The notes under the pieces were generated by a model. That model was not told the origin of the DNA. It ran no database searches and saw nothing but the letters and a program-made list of their open reading frames with translations. This document shows, in pieces, positions 1 through 13,014 of a stretch of DNA of 60,000 bases (its first letter is position 1; the number at the start of each line of letters is the position of its first letter). This DNA comes from Felis catus (Eukaryota), in assembly GCF_018350175.1 (NCBI RefSeq), contig NC_058383.1, forward strand, positions 29,886,001 through 29,946,000, in the 5' to 3' direction. The position numbers and the translations under genes are program-made.

Positions 1-454
1 GGTAAAGTTAAAAAGAAACGTTTGGCATCGGTACCAGTGTCTGCCAAAACCAAAACACATTCTTCATAGTCTGCTCTGATCTCTGGTGAGATTATGGATT
101 CCAGGACAAGTGTCCAAAAAGCCAATCTCCTGTTCCCTATAGGGACCTGACAGGGGGAAGATGAGATGATTGCAGCCTCTGTATCCTTGTTGAACTTCAA
201 GTCTCCATGTGTCACACATTCTTAGGGAAGTGATTCCAAATTGTTCAAGATAGATGCCGAATAATGTCTAAAGCAATCATTTATGGCAGTGGGCATTAAT
301 GACACTGTCATAACCAGCCAGAAAAAGTCACAAGCTAAATAAAGGGGGCCAGATCCAAGGCATTTTGTGATTTACACTTTCCATGCAAAATTTTAACATT
401 GTCAATGTTGAAGGAGATTACCTCTAAGACAACAAGTATGGCAATCCATATATA

Positions 455-730
455 ATTTCAGCAAGCATTTATTAAGCACCTGCAGTATGGCAGCTACTAA
501 GTTAAGCACTTACAATCAGTACAAACTCTTCTTGAGGAAGTTACAGCTTACATAAGAGGCAGGCATGGAAAACAGTTACAACACTGTTAGATGACTATGA
601 ATAGAGTTCATCAAAGAATTATTAATTAGTTGAGCACTGACTATATACCAAGAACTCTGATAGATAGCAGAATATAAGACAAAACTCTGTAAAGCTTATG
701 ACATAGCTGACGGGGTGCTATGGGAACAGA
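455..730 (-). mobile_element. L2 (LINE-2) 3'-end fragments, old
   Basis: 'ttcagcaagcatttattaagcacct' and 'ttgagcactgactatatacca' resemble the reverse L2 3' terminus. Confidence 0.5.
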
Positions 731-806
731 GAGAAAGGAGTTTATATCTTTCCCCCCATCCTTGGGCACTTTTGAACTATAATGACTTGTTTGGTGGGTC
801 TGACTT

Positions 807-1011
807 TTTTTTTTTTTAATGTTTATCTATTTTTGAGGGAGACACAGAGTGTGAGTAGGGGAGAGTCGGAGGGGGAGACACAGAATCTGAAGTGGGCTTC
901 AGGCTCTGAGCTGTCAGCACAGAGCCTGATGAGGGGCTCAAACTCATCAATGGTGAGATCAGACGTAAGCTGAAGTCAGACACTTAACCAACTGAGCCAC
1001 CCAGACATCAC
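807..1011 (-). mobile_element. Carnivore SINE (SINEC_Fc-like)
   Basis: poly-T tail, GA-rich tract, 'ggctctgagctgtcagcacagagcc...actgagccaccc'; TSD gtgggtctgactt on both sides. Confidence 0.95.
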
Positions 1012-1659
1012 TTGTGGGTCTGACTTCTAATATTCCTTGGGTTTTTTCCACGTACTTGGAGAAGAAACCCTTTGGATGGCCTCAAAGAGAGTCATGATGC
1101 ATATAATAAACTATGCATGACTTATTTGATACTTAATTCACGGTTGTAATGGCAGCTCAATTATTTAAATGGTAGAAACCCACATGATTGTGCCTGGAAG
1201 AAATCTTAATTATTTAACCCTTCCTCCTGTTTCTCTCCCCACCAAAAATGAGAAGAGTGAGAAAGAAAACCTCTCTGATGGCATTTGACAGCTGTGTTAG
1301 GAATAGGGTCCCTTGTCCATTCCTGTAACACCTTCCAGCTGCCAGGAGCACAGCTGTGAAGTAGAGGGGATGAAAAATAAGTATGGAAAGCAGCAGGACC
1401 ACAGGTTTACTTAAAAAGTCTTAGCTGAAGAAGCATAGAGTTTAAAAGAGCAGCTGTTCAGGGATGAATTTCACCGTCCAGGGTACCAGATTACAAATGA
1501 TGGTCAGAAGCACCAAGAACAACAAAGAGAGCCCTTGGGAGGAGTTTTAGCTGCAGTAAAGGGAACCGAGAATACTTAACCTCAAAGGTCACATCATGCC
1601 TTTCACAAGCAGAGGATTTCTGTTTTTTGCTTTAGGAAACTCCATAATGGGCTATGATG

Positions 1660-1830
1660 TAGGAATAGCACAGTGCTGGGAGTCAGGAAATCTGCAGTCA
1701 ACCTTCACCTTTTACTATGATATTCTGAACAGTCATTTGGTACTTCTGGACCTCAATTTCCTCATGTGTAAAATGTAATAAAACTACAATATGCCTTTCA
1801 GGGGCTCCATGAATATTAAACGAGAGAATT
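1660..1830 (+). mobile_element. MIR SINE fragment
   Basis: MIR core 'ctggacctcaatttcctcatgtgtaaaatg'. Confidence 0.65.
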
Positions 1831-3403
1831 TGCTTGAAATGTATATTTTAAGTAATAAATTACTATATGCTTTAAGTAATAGATTGCTATCTTTGGCTTT
1901 ATTATTATGGATGTGTTTCCCAATGTGAGATTTCTCACGGCATACTGGGTCCTAGTATTTGAGTCTTCTTGTCTGCTTTTGGTCCTGGGTCCCCAAGAGT
2001 TCATTGGGGGTAGACTGAGCACATTCCTTTATCTCTGTCCTCCTGAAGCCCTGTCTAACAACAGTAGAAGGATAAAAAAATAAAAATGTAAAAACAAAAA
2101 CAAAAACTGCAGAGACAGAGAACCTGGGAAAATGTAATGGTGGACAAGAAATACCAGGATCGTTTTGGTGCTGGAAAAAAAAAGATGAATACAGGATAAC
2201 TGAGGGAGTTATTGAGGAAGTTGAAAATTACCCATAAGATGGGGGTTGGGTGGGGAAGGCTAACAGGAAGCTAGCATATTTTTAGCACAGAATCTCAGTA
2301 AGGTTAAAAAAAAAAAAAGATGGGAGAAAGGACTGGAAACAGGAAGACGGGGTAGAAGTTTTTGTATTATAGGAAGTTAAACCATGAGATCTGCTCCCCC
2401 ACTACAGATCTAGAAATTATTTTGCTACACCTTTCCCTCTGCAGAAGATTGCAAGTTTATTCTCCAGGGAGATACAGTCCGAGACTTCCTAGATGAGATG
2501 ATCAGATTCAGATGAGTTTGGCATAAAATGCTCTACTAAAAATAAGACACTGAGAATATATCTGTATCCTGAATAATGAAGGTTAGAGTTCTCTTTTCCC
2601 TCTTAGCTCCCAGAACATTGTCAGCCATCATACTAACTGTGCTCCTAGATCACCCAGGTAGGAGAATGGAGAAGTCATCTATGGGAAAATTGACCACCTG
2701 AAGAGATAACAGCTATAGACATACTGGTGTTTAGGGGTACCCAGAAGACATAGTTAGGTCCTTAATCCTGGAATGAAGTTTACAAATTGACAAATTCTGT
2801 CTATAAGCACAGAGCTACCCACCCACATCAATCAGCATTTTAGTGTCTTACTATTGAATGGAACCCAATTCCAAATTGGACTTACACTGAGTCAGTGGAA
2901 TCTTCAGCTGGCCAGAGATATAAGAAAATACTCTAATGTGAAAGAGATCTAAATAAGCAGAGAAAAGGATTGCAAAGGAAACAGACGGTGCACGGACCAC
3001 AAAGGTGACAATTAATATCCTCAGAGAGAGAAAGGACTATAACCATTGCATTTGTGAAACAAACAAGAACAGGATGGTTTAGAAAAGGAACAGAAAAGAA
3101 CAAGAAAAAACTCCAGAAATTAAAATATGGCAGCATGTTCGCCAAATGGTAACATAAGGATTTGGAGATAAATTGGAGGTAATGACTCAAAATTTTAAAA
3201 ATAAGAAGATAGAAGATAAGAATATGGGAGACAAGGAAAAAAGAACAGAAAAAATGGAGAGGAGGAAATTACTGAGCAATCAGACCTACATAATGTGAAG
3301 TTTTAACGCAAAAGGGCATTTGGGTATGCGTACAATGAGTGAAGAAAAACTCCGCACCCTAGGCCACCTCACTATAAATATCAGACCAGCAATGATCATC
3401 TTT

Positions 3404-3637
3404 CTAAAAAAAATTTTTTTAAAGATGTTTATATATTTTTTGAGACAGAGAGAGAGAGGGAGGGAGGGAGAATGAGCAGGGGAGGGCCAGGGAGAGAGGG
3501 AGAAACAGAATCTGAAGCCAACTTCAGGCTCTGAGCTGTCAGCACAGAGCCCCACATGTGGCTCAAACTCAGGAACTGTGAGATCATGACCTGAGCCAAA
3601 GTTGGAGGCTTAACCAACTGAGCCACCCAGGTGCCCC
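3404..3637 (-). mobile_element. Carnivore SINE (SINEC_Fc-like)
   Basis: Full body ending 'gagccacccaggtgcccc'; TSD cagca(a/g)tg(a/c)tcatcttt. Confidence 0.95.
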
Positions 3638-4401
3638 AGCAGTGCTCATCTTTATCAGTTATGAAAGCTTTCCAAAACTCAAAAAAAATGTCCTTAAGAA
3701 TGTGGAATTGGAATGGCATTGGAATTTTCAGGAATAACAATACAATCTGAACATGGGAATCTGAAAGAAAATGGCAGGCTGCCTTCAGAATTCTGAGGCA
3801 AAAAATCATTTCAAAACTAAAATTTTACACTCAGCCACATGATTCAGCAAGTTTGATGATAGAAAACAATCTTCAGGCAGACAGGTTCTCCCCTAAACCA
3901 AGGGAGTAGGTCAAGAAAATAAACACTTGAAATTCCACTTTGGGGTATTTCTCTGAAGGAAATGAAATCTGTGTCTTGAAGAGACCCCTGTACTCTCATG
4001 TTCACTGGGCACAGTATTCGCAAGACATGGAAACAACCCCAATGTCCACTGATGAATGAATAGATGAATAAATGTATATACGTGCAATGGAATCTTATTC
4101 AGCCTTAGAAAAATACGGAAATCCTATTTGTGACACTATAGGATGGAACTTGAAGATATTATGCTAAGTGAAGTAAGCCAAGCCCAGAAAGATGAATATT
4201 GTATGATCTCACTTACATGTGGAATCTAATATAGGCAAACTCTTAGAAACAGAGTGGAAAGGTGGTTGCTAGGGGCTGGGGAGAGGGGGAAATGAAGAGG
4301 TTAAGGCCTCAAATTTTCAATTATGCAAGATACATAAGTTGTGGTGATCTACTATACAGCATAGTGCTTATAGCTGACAGTACTGTATTTAAAATTTGCT
4401 A

Positions 4402-4604
4402 AGGTGGCTGGGTAGCTAGGTTGGTTAAGCGTCCGACTCTTGATTTCAGGTCATTTCATTATCTCATGGTTTGTAGGATCGAGCCCCGTGTTGGGGCTCA
4501 GCATGGAGCCCATGCTGTCAGCATGGAGCCTGTTTGGGATTCTCTCTCTCCCTCTGTCTCTCCACCCCCCCCCCCCGCTCTCTCTCAAAATGAATAAACT
4601 TAAA
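4402..4604 (+). mobile_element. Carnivore SINE nested in L1 3'UTR
   Basis: 'ggttaagcgtccgactcttgatttc', CT tract, aataaa tail; TSD aaaa(t/a)ttgcta. Confidence 0.92.
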
Positions 4605-4652
4605 AAAATTGCTATGAGAGTAGATCTTATTATGTTAAGTGTACTTATCACA

Positions 4653-4689
<37 letters not shown>
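4653..4689. repeat. (AAT)n microsatellite
   Basis: perfect aat run. Confidence 0.95.
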
Positions 4690-5401
4690 TGATGTGAGAG
4701 AAAACTTCAGGAAGTGATGGCTATGTTTATGGCCTTTATGATAGTGATGGTTTCATGAGTGTCTACCTATCCCCAAATGCATCAAGTTGTATACATTAAA
4801 TATGTACAGCTTTTAATGTGTCAATTATTCCTCAATTTAAAAAATGTATATGGAATTCAGGAAACTGGGACTCTGATTTAGGAGAAAGTCAAAGGGAATC
4901 TCTAGGTTAGTGGAAGGGATTTTCAGGATCCTCAAGACCTAACAGGTCTGGACAACTCCAGATGGTGACTGGAGAAAGAAGGACTCCTAGAGGATTGTCT
5001 TCAATAAAAATGATAAAAGGAAATATCTGTTTAAATATTTCTGATTGACACTCTTGCCTGTCTCCTCCCCACCCCCCGGATATGGCTGAATTTGTGTGGT
5101 TTCGGAATTCTGAACCTGGCTCACGTATTTCTCTTTATATTATAGTTTAGGAAACCCAGCAAAAATGTTATTATTTCAAGCTTCTGGATCCATGGACTCC
5201 AGGTCAACTGCCCACTCCTGAGATCTGTAATTAAAACATGATATTAAAATAACTCTTCACTGCTAAATGCATAGGAATTAGAAACATTCCATATTCATTT
5301 AAAGGTATTATGGAAGATCAAGAAGTCATACTCTTGAGAATGAAATGAGTAGATTTTGGATTATCCTGGATTTAAATCTGAAGGAGTAACTCTGACAGTC
5401 C

Positions 5402-5615
5402 TTTTATTATTATTTTTAAACGTTTATTTATTTTTGAAAGAGGAGAGAGAGCATGAACAAGGAAGGGAGGGCAGAGAGAGGAAGACATAGAATCTGAAGT
5501 AGGCTCCAGGCTCTGAGCTGCCAGCACAAGGCCTGATGCTGGGCTCGAACTCAGAAACCATGAGATCATGACCTGAGCCCAAGTCGGACACTTAACTGAG
5601 CCTCCCAGGTGCCCC
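5402..5615 (-). mobile_element. Carnivore SINE (SINEC_Fc-like)
   Basis: Typical body; TSD ct(g/a)acagtc(c/-)tttta. Confidence 0.95.
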
Positions 5616-6019
5616 TAACAGTCTTTTAAAAAAATAGATCTAGTAAATACCACTTAAGATTGAGGACTGGAAGGAAAAAAAAAGAAGCTGAAGTATGTCC
5701 GTCTCCTGCTATGTGCCAAGTCTTTGCTTGGCATGTAAACTCTATGCAACATTATGAAGATGTTTTTGTAGAAGTTATGGAAAGATTGAGAACGCCTCCC
5801 CAAATCCATGTGTTACTTGGTTTGTTTTACCAACATGAAGGATACTGATTGAGTCTTTGTTAGGGATTCTGAAGTCATGGTAGGAAAGAGGCAGTGGCGG
5901 GAGGGAAGGGGTGTGGTCAAGTCAGAGAGATGGCCAGTTGGAGTGATGATTTCCCTGAGAAGTTGTGGAATGTGGGCTTTTCCTTCACCCATGATGTTTC
6001 CATGTTTACCCATGAATTG

Positions 6020-6172
6020 TTCTTCCTCCTCTCCCCCTCGCCATGTTCCCTTTACCTCCCTTCCCCTCCCCTTCTTCTCCTACTTCTCCTCCTCCTCCTC
6101 CTTCTTCCTCTTCCTCTTCTTCTTTCCCTTCTTCTCCTTCCTCCTTTTCTTCTTTCCTTCTCCATCTTCTTC
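6020..6172. repeat. Polypyrimidine (CCT/CTT) low-complexity tract
   Basis: nearly pure C/T sequence. Confidence 0.85.
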
Positions 6173-6639
6173 ACACAGCTGAAAAAACACACTCAGTAGA
6201 GTTCACTCACTCACTCAAGCTCATACATGTAGTTAGTTCTCGAGCCTGCATTTGATCCTGTCTTACCAAAGGGGCTGGACTTGGACTACAGTAATTTGTA
6301 ATTACATAGAACTTAGACTTCTAAAAGTATTGACCTCTCCACAGTTTCATTCTTTATTGGCTGTTTTCTTATGAAGCAGAACCACCATATCAGCCTTGAA
6401 GTGTCAGCCTCTAGACTTTTTTTTGAGAGAGAGATAGATAGGACTCATTTGAAACCACTAAAACATCAAATTTCTATTACTGACAGCCAAACCCAATTTA
6501 AGTCAAAAGTAATTTAAATCCTTTTATTCAAAGAATATTTTATTATTTTATTCTCTCAATAAATATTGAGAATCTACCAGATGTCTGGTCCTGCTGGTTT
6601 CTGGGGATGGAATGATGAGGAATATGAAACACATATTTA

Positions 6640-6800
6640 GGGGCGGCTGGGTGGCTCAGTCGGTTAAGAATCCACCTCTTGATTTTGGCTCAGGTCATGA
6701 TCCTACACTTCATGGGTTAGAACCCAATATCAAGTTCTGTGCTGAGAGTGTGAAGTCTTCTTGGGATTCTCTGTCTCCTTCTCCCCCTCCCTCCCTCCCT

Positions 6801-6833
<33 letters not shown>

Positions 6834-6882
6834 CCCCTCCCCTGCTCATGCTCTCTCCCAATCTCTCAAAATAAATGAATAA
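6640..6882 (+). mobile_element. Carnivore SINE
   Basis: 'ggggcggctgggtggctcagtcggttaag' head, (CT)n, A-rich tail; TSD aaacaca(t/a)atttag. Confidence 0.95.
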
Positions 6883-7038
6883 ACACACACAACACACACA
6901 CAAACACAAACAACAAACACACAAACACACACAAACACAAATTTAGTGGAACACAACACACACACAAACACAAACAACAAACACACACACACACAAACAC
7001 ACACACAAACACACACACAAACACAAATTTAGTGGAAC
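6881..7038. repeat. CA/CAAA-rich tandem duplication, two copies each ending aaacacaaatttagtggaac
   Basis: direct repeat visible at ~6933-6952 and ~7019-7038. Confidence 0.9.
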
Positions 7039-7999
7039 CTGTTAGGAAATATCAAAGAAAGAGGAATGTGTTATTCAAGGGAGTTAAGTCATTACTTAGT
7101 AACTAATATATAAATGTGGGCTTTAGAAAATCATAAAAGCAGAATGAAAGCTGAGCCACTATGGGAGTGAGAGGTAGGTCAGTGAAGAGATTTCAGTGTT
7201 GGGGAGCCCTAGACATTCAGGGGATCAATAAAGGCCGGAGCTGGGAGACAAGGTGAACGAGGGTAGTTGATAATGACAAATTGCTTCCTTTCTAATTTTG
7301 CTTTGCCTTTGGGTCCGCTGACATGGACTTCTAATGCCAGGTGTGAACTGAGCTTTTCCATTCCACCTGGGTACCATTACCTTTTCTCTTTGAGCTTGTC
7401 TGAGACATTTGGGGAAGGAAAAGAAGGTTCATTACCTAGGGATCCTGGAACAACCAGCCTATTATATGGTTCTGGGAGTGCCCATAGAGCTCATCTTTGA
7501 TTGCTAAATAGATGAGATATCACAGGTTTAAAATAACTTCATACCACTAAGGGTCACTTCAGAAGATGTTCTCGGCTGAGAGCTGCCATTCACCCTATGG
7601 CGGAAAAAAGTCCACAAAGCTATTAGTAGCACAGGAATAAAGGCAGATGGAGAGAAAGAGCTCAATACCCAGCTATCTTCATCCAAAAATACCTACTGTC
7701 AGGATGTTATTCAGATGTCTCTAACCTCAGTGAGGGAAGGCAATGGAGTCAGGAGGAAGGTAGCAAGACAGAACAGGTACCAACACCAGGTTCCTCGTGT
7801 TCTTCTGGAAGCTAACACTTATTCGATCATTCGTTTGTGAGGACCTCTTGTGTGTCACACAGTGTGTGACACACAAGGGAAACAATGATGACGAAGACAG
7901 ATACATGGTCCCTGTCCTTATGGATCTCACAAACAAGCAGAATGTGAAACAGTCCGGAGAGTCCAGGAAGCTTCAGAGAAAAGCAAAGAAAGAGGGCAT

Positions 8000-8170
8000 T
8001 GAGTGCTTCTGCTCCTCTTTGTTAATCCCCACAAAAACTATGAAAGATGTTATTATCATTGTCTCCATTGTAGAGGAGACCAGGGCTCAGAAAATTTAGA
8101 TAATTGCCCCATATTGTTTGCTGAGTAGCAAGAAATAGAGAATTCTCACCTGGGTCAGACTGACTCCATT
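8000..8170 (-). mobile_element. MIR fragment
   Basis: 'ttaatccccacaaaaactatga...ctccattgtagaggagaccagggctcaga'. Confidence 0.6.
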
Positions 8171-8599
8171 ATTTCAGTAATTGGTGCTTGGATGAATGTT
8201 TCTTGGTTTATCATCTGTAAGGGTGTGTCTGGACTGGCTTCCCTCTAAGCTCAGCACAAATATATGCCACACAAGTATCCTGGTGGAATAAAAACTCATT
8301 TCATTATTAACTGCAGTGAATATTATTAAGGGGGTGAATCTGCCATGATACATCAAAAAATGTTAAAAATCAAAGCCCTACAGAAATGGCATTAGAAATG
8401 TTTGGGTCATGCTTTGCATTGGGTAATTTAATTGGATGCATTTTATGACTACGGCTTTGGAGTTGGCAAAGGGCTACAAAGATTTTTTTACAACTCACAG
8501 TCCATGGTTTGGAACTTGGGATTTGTTTTCCCCGTTGGCAAAGTAATGGAACAGATTTTAATAATTTTATAAAATCAGACATATCCATGCTATTAGATA

Positions 8600-8810
8600 A
8601 TACCAGCACATGAGGTTCTAGCCACTCTTCTAAGGGCTTTATATTTATCACCTGATGTAATGCTTTCAACATCCCTCTGAAATATATCTTCATTCCCATC
8701 TTACAGATGAAGAGATTCTGCCTCAGTGAGGTTAAGTAACTTCCTTCAGACCACAGAGCTGGCAAATAGCAGAGCCAGGATTTGAACCTAAGAATTTCTT
8801 TACACCAGAA
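8600..8810 (-). mobile_element. MIR
   Basis: 'cccatcttacagatgaagagattctgcctcagtgaggttaagtaactt...ggatttgaacc'. Confidence 0.8.
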
Positions 8811-8947
8811 CTAAGTGTATTTTCATCCACCTTTCCCCAAGGGAAAGGGAAAGTCCTCTGCCTTTAATCTAATTATGCTGATCAGGGACTGTATAGTAAT
8901 TACAGAATACTATTCTGAAAGTCGATTTAAAAAATAAAATATCATCA

Positions 8948-9125
8948 TGGGTGGCTCAGTCGGTTAAGTGTCCGACTCTTGGTTTCAGCTCATGTCATGA
9001 TCTCACAGTTCCTGAGTTCAAGCCCCACACAGTATAAGCTGTCAATACAGCAGAAGAGTCTGCTTGGGATTCTCTCTCTCTCCCTCTCTCCCTGCACCTC
9101 CCCTGCTTGCTTGAGCGCGTGCGCG

Positions 9126-9169
<44 letters not shown>

Positions 9170-9190
9170 AAATTAATCCTAAATACATAA
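8948..9190 (+). mobile_element. Carnivore SINE (slightly 5'-truncated)
   Basis: 'gggtggctcagtcggttaagtgtccgactcttgg', (CG)/(CT)n tract, aataaa. Confidence 0.93.
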
Positions 9191-10219
9191 AATGTCAATT
9201 TCTCTCTGGTCCTATTGGTCACACTTTCACACTTTACCTTCCCAGTGGGAACTTAGATCATAATCTGGTCAGACTTGGGAAACTCCCAGTCCAGGTGACC
9301 ACAGTAGTTCCTGTGGGGCACCAGTTGATTAGATGTTAGCCTTCAGGGTCAACAGAGCTGGGGTTCCCAGAGAAGGAGGTCTTGGCCCCATCCTGTGCCA
9401 TTGGCTGCCATATTGCCCTGGGTGGGAATCTGGCTAACTGCTCCTCAGCCAGGCTGGTAGAATCCATTGGATTTTTTTCTCTTTCTGACATCCAGAAATG
9501 ATTTTCCCTATATGCCCTGAACAGGCTAATACAAAGCTAAGGCATTTCACTTCAACTCAAGACTCCCCCAACATACTTCCTTCGTTGGTTGCCAGGCAAG
9601 CCCCAGGTCAAGGAAGCCTCTGGTCCACCTGTCTGTTGGACAGATGAGGAACAGGTTTTTACAAAGCTCCCACACTGGCTCCATGTATGTGGTTCAGATT
9701 TGCTCCAAATCAGGCAAACTTGGATGTTTTCTGGAGGAAGATGAAGAAATGGGTCTGGACCACGTGAAGAATGGGGGGGGGGGGCTCTGCTGGGAAGGGG
9801 AGGCTTTTATTCTGAACAGAGGTGTCACTGAGAGAAAGAAAAACCTGACCCTTTTCAGACGTTGGATAAGAAATGTGAGCTTTTTGTGGACAAAAAAGAG
9901 AGAGAGATCTTTGTAGTTTGCTGGGAATATATCTGGAAAAGGTACAGAGGGAACAAAAGAGAGAGAAAGGTGGAAGATGAAAGTTGAGGAGGGGGAAAGG
10001 AAGAGAGGGACTCTAAATATAAATATGAACAAATATGAGAAAACCAGTTCTCACAAAACATACCGGAAGCAATTCTTTGATTTCCCCCTGGGCTGCCCAG
10101 GACCATTCACACAGCATTCCAGCCAAACTTACCCTACGTGGACACCTCCCAGTGTTCCTGGCTGCCTCTGCAGGGCACCCCTTCCCCCGACCATACTTAC
10201 ATGGTCCTGAGCCTGTTAG

Positions 10220-10350
10220 AACAAAGGAAAGTGCCTTGGGGCTCAGGAGATGTACCTTCAAACCTCAATGTGCCATACCTAGGCTAGGTGGTGACCTTGG
10301 GCAAATCACTTCCCTTTACTGGGACTCAGTTTCTCTATCAGAAAACTGAA
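10220..10350 (+). mobile_element. MIR fragment
   Basis: 'gtgaccttgggcaaatcacttccctttactgggactcagtttc'. Confidence 0.7.
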
Positions 10351-10444
10351 GGACTGGGATTGAATGAAATCTGGCATCCTTTCTTGCTGTGAGATGATGG
10401 CCACGTAATGCTTCATAGATCGCTTCTCCCTGGTGGCTCCCGCG

Positions 10445-10620
10445 AACATGCTGGTTTCCCTAGCTTCCTTCAGCGCCAGAATCACCTGAAGTGTTTGTGA
10501 AAAATAAAAAATCCCCAGCCCCCTATCCCAATCCACTGCTTGAGAATCTCCAGGGCAGGGTCCTGGGAAGTGGGGAGAGACGTCAAATGGCCCAAGCGAA
10601 TTTTGTTTGCTGGAAAGTTG
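10445..10620. mobile_element. MER5A-like hAT-Charlie DNA transposon fragment
   Basis: 'cagaatcacctgaagtgtttgtgaaaata...gagaatctccagggcagggtcctgggaa'. Confidence 0.6.
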
Positions 10621-10819
10621 GGAAAGCAAGATGTCAGGCTAATTGGATGTCATGGCTGGTAGGGTTTGATGTGCTGTTTGTCCTAGTTAAAATATTTACA
10701 TTTTAAAAGAGGTCTCCACCGTCTAAACCCAAAGTTTATCAGTGTTAGAATAACAGAGGGGAAGGGGGAGTATTTATTGAAAGGCTCCCTAGTGCCTGGA
10801 AACAGCTAAGTGTCTCATG

Positions 10820-11170
10820 TTCTTACTAGCTATGTGACCTTGGCCACACAAGTTACTTCTCTACGCCTCGGTTTCCTTGTCCAAAATGTGGGGGAAAATT
10901 AGTACCCACCTGTGCTAGAAGAGTGTGTTGGTTGTTGTGAAGGTTCTATGAGTTTAGCACAGTGAGTGGTGCGTCGTAAGCGCTCAGCGTATGTTCTTTC
11001 CAGTGGACCCTATGAGAAATATATTGGTATGGCCATTTTACAGATCTGGAAAGTAAATTCATGTGGGTCAAATCCATCACCAAAATGGATTTTATAGATA
11101 ATTTGTAAGTGATACAAGTGGATTTGAACCCAGGTCTATGCGGACCCCAAAATTTCTGTTCTCTGGTACT
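10820..11170. mobile_element. Two MIR fragments in opposite orientation
   Basis: plus core 'tgtgaccttgg...cctcggtttcc' then minus core 'ccattttacagat...ggatttgaacccaggtct'. Confidence 0.65.
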
Positions 11171-11721
11171 ATACCAGTCGATCACCTACTGTAGCTGAGT
11201 GTAGAGCCACTACTGGCTTAGTCAGACAACTGGTCAATTCAGGATTCTCTTTGGTCAAAGCGGGTGGTTGAACCTGGGGGAGATAACCCATTTCTGTTGG
11301 GAGAATGGCAGATTCTTTAGGCTTTCAGATAGTGAAGGTTCTTCCTTTGTTGCCATGGTTTTCCTCATCAGAGTTGTGCAGACTGTCTCTTCTCTTGGAG
11401 GATTCATAATTCACCACACTCCCCTCCTGACCAGCCCAGCTCAGGCTGCATCAGGTTTGCTATGCATTTCTAGTTTGATCTCTTATTTATGAGAGGCAGT
11501 TTCTACAAACAGGTCAAGAAGCCGAGTTTTCCATCCCAGGTGCACGTTTGGTTTGCTTTGGGGGCCTGAAAATGGGGTGGTGGTCTGGTTTCTCTGTATC
11601 CATGATCCAGGTTCATATCCAGATGCAGAATGTGCACATTTCATGAACATTTCACTGGTCCTGTTATCTCACTCTGGTGGCAATCCCATTATGCTTCCTG
11701 GGCTCCGTTGTGACAGCTCAC

Positions 11722-11900
11722 GTTTCTGGAAACTGAATGTTTATACTCCACCCCCCATTCATATGTTAAAGTCTTATTCCCCAGTATGATGGGGTATTTG
11801 AAGAGAGGGTCTCTAATGAGTAATTAAGATTAAATGAGGTTGTAAGGATGGAGCCCAGACCCCTTATAAGGATTAGTTTCTTTATAGGAAGAGGAAGAGA
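11722..11900 (+). mobile_element. MLT1A-like MaLR LTR fragment
   Basis: 'ctgaatgtttatactcc...attcatatgttaaagtc...taattaagattaaatgaggt'. Confidence 0.7.
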
Positions 11901-12167
11901 ATACATATTTCCCAGGAGATGTGTATTTCCAAGCATAAGTTGGCCATCTCATACAAAGACTGTACTGAACTGGTTGTGTTCCATGCTCTAGAACTAAGGG
12001 TTCTAGAACTCTTCACTTTTTAGTTGGGGGATCAGAAAAAAGTTTTAGTAAGAGGTACATTTGTTAGCAGTATAGAGTAGAGCAGAGGTCTCAGATCGGG
12101 AACTAAGGGGCTGAACTAGTCCTCAAAGAGATGTGCTTTTGTTTGGCCTATGTGTTGTTCTTTAATT

Positions 12168-12384
12168 AAAAAAATTTTTTTTTAACATTTATTTATTTCT
12201 GAGAGACTGAGAGATAGCATGAGCAGGGGAGGGGCAGAGACAGAGGGAGACAGAGAATCCAAAGCAGGCTCCAGGCTTAGAGCTGTCAGCACAGAGCCTG
12301 ATGTGGAGCTTGAACCCATGAACTGCAAGATCATGACCTGAGCTGAAGTCGGATGCTTAACTGACTGAGCCACCCAGGCACCCC
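12168..12384 (-). mobile_element. Carnivore SINE (SINEC_Fc-like)
   Basis: Full body; exact TSD tgttctttaatt. Confidence 0.96.
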
Positions 12385-13014
12385 TGTTCTTTAATTTTTT
12401 TTTTTTTTGATGGATTAAACACAAATCAAGCCCCAAATGGTGTTTGACCGTGGGCAATTTACTTCTCTGAGTTTCAGTTTTATTACATGGTGAAATACTC
12501 CCACATTTGAGCACTAAATGAGATCACATATACAGAGCACATGGCACAAAGCAGGACACATTCTAGGTGTTTAGGAAATGGTAGCTTCTAATGACCATAG
12601 TAAGTGCACTAATGAAAGTGACAGTGCAGAGATTTTCACCCACCTACCAGCTGCCATGAAGGCTTGATGTTCCCCAAACATCATTTGGAGAAACTGCTTC
12701 TTCTTTGAGTGACAGCCCAGAAGCTTTAATGACTTACCTTGAGGAATGTTGGCTTGCCTACCACTCGCTGCCTTGGTCCATACTTGGTCTCCAAAGCTTG
12801 CCTACCTTCAGATTTCAGACAGTATTTCCAGGAATGGTAGGCGTCTTGTGGCTGAAATCTGAGAGTGGGAAGGAAAACCATAAGCGGGGTCATCAGAAGG
12901 AATGCACAGTTTGCCAGAGTCTTCTATGTGGGAGCCATCCCTGGCATGTGTCTGTGTGGTGATTGACTCTTCAATCCTTCACCGAGTTACTCACCTTTGA
13001 AATTTTCTGAAAAG

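Larger units (their letters stand above)
3929..4845 (+). mobile_element. L1MA/L1MB-type 3' end (ORF2 tail + 3'UTR)
   Basis: 'atggaacttgaagatattatgctaagtgaagtaagcc', 'tgtatgatctcacttacatgtggaatct', terminal 'gtatacattaaatatgtacagc...cctcaat'. Confidence 0.85.
2040..5030 (+). mobile_element. HAL1/L1M-like ancient LINE remnant, interrupted by younger insertions
   Basis: ORF1-like decay 'gccttcagaattctgaggcaaaaaatcatttcaaaactaaaattttacactcagcca' (3781-3837) and HAL1-like 'ggaattcaggaaactggga...aaagggaatctctagg' (4852-4907); A-rich plus strand; 5' limit uncertain. Confidence 0.55.
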
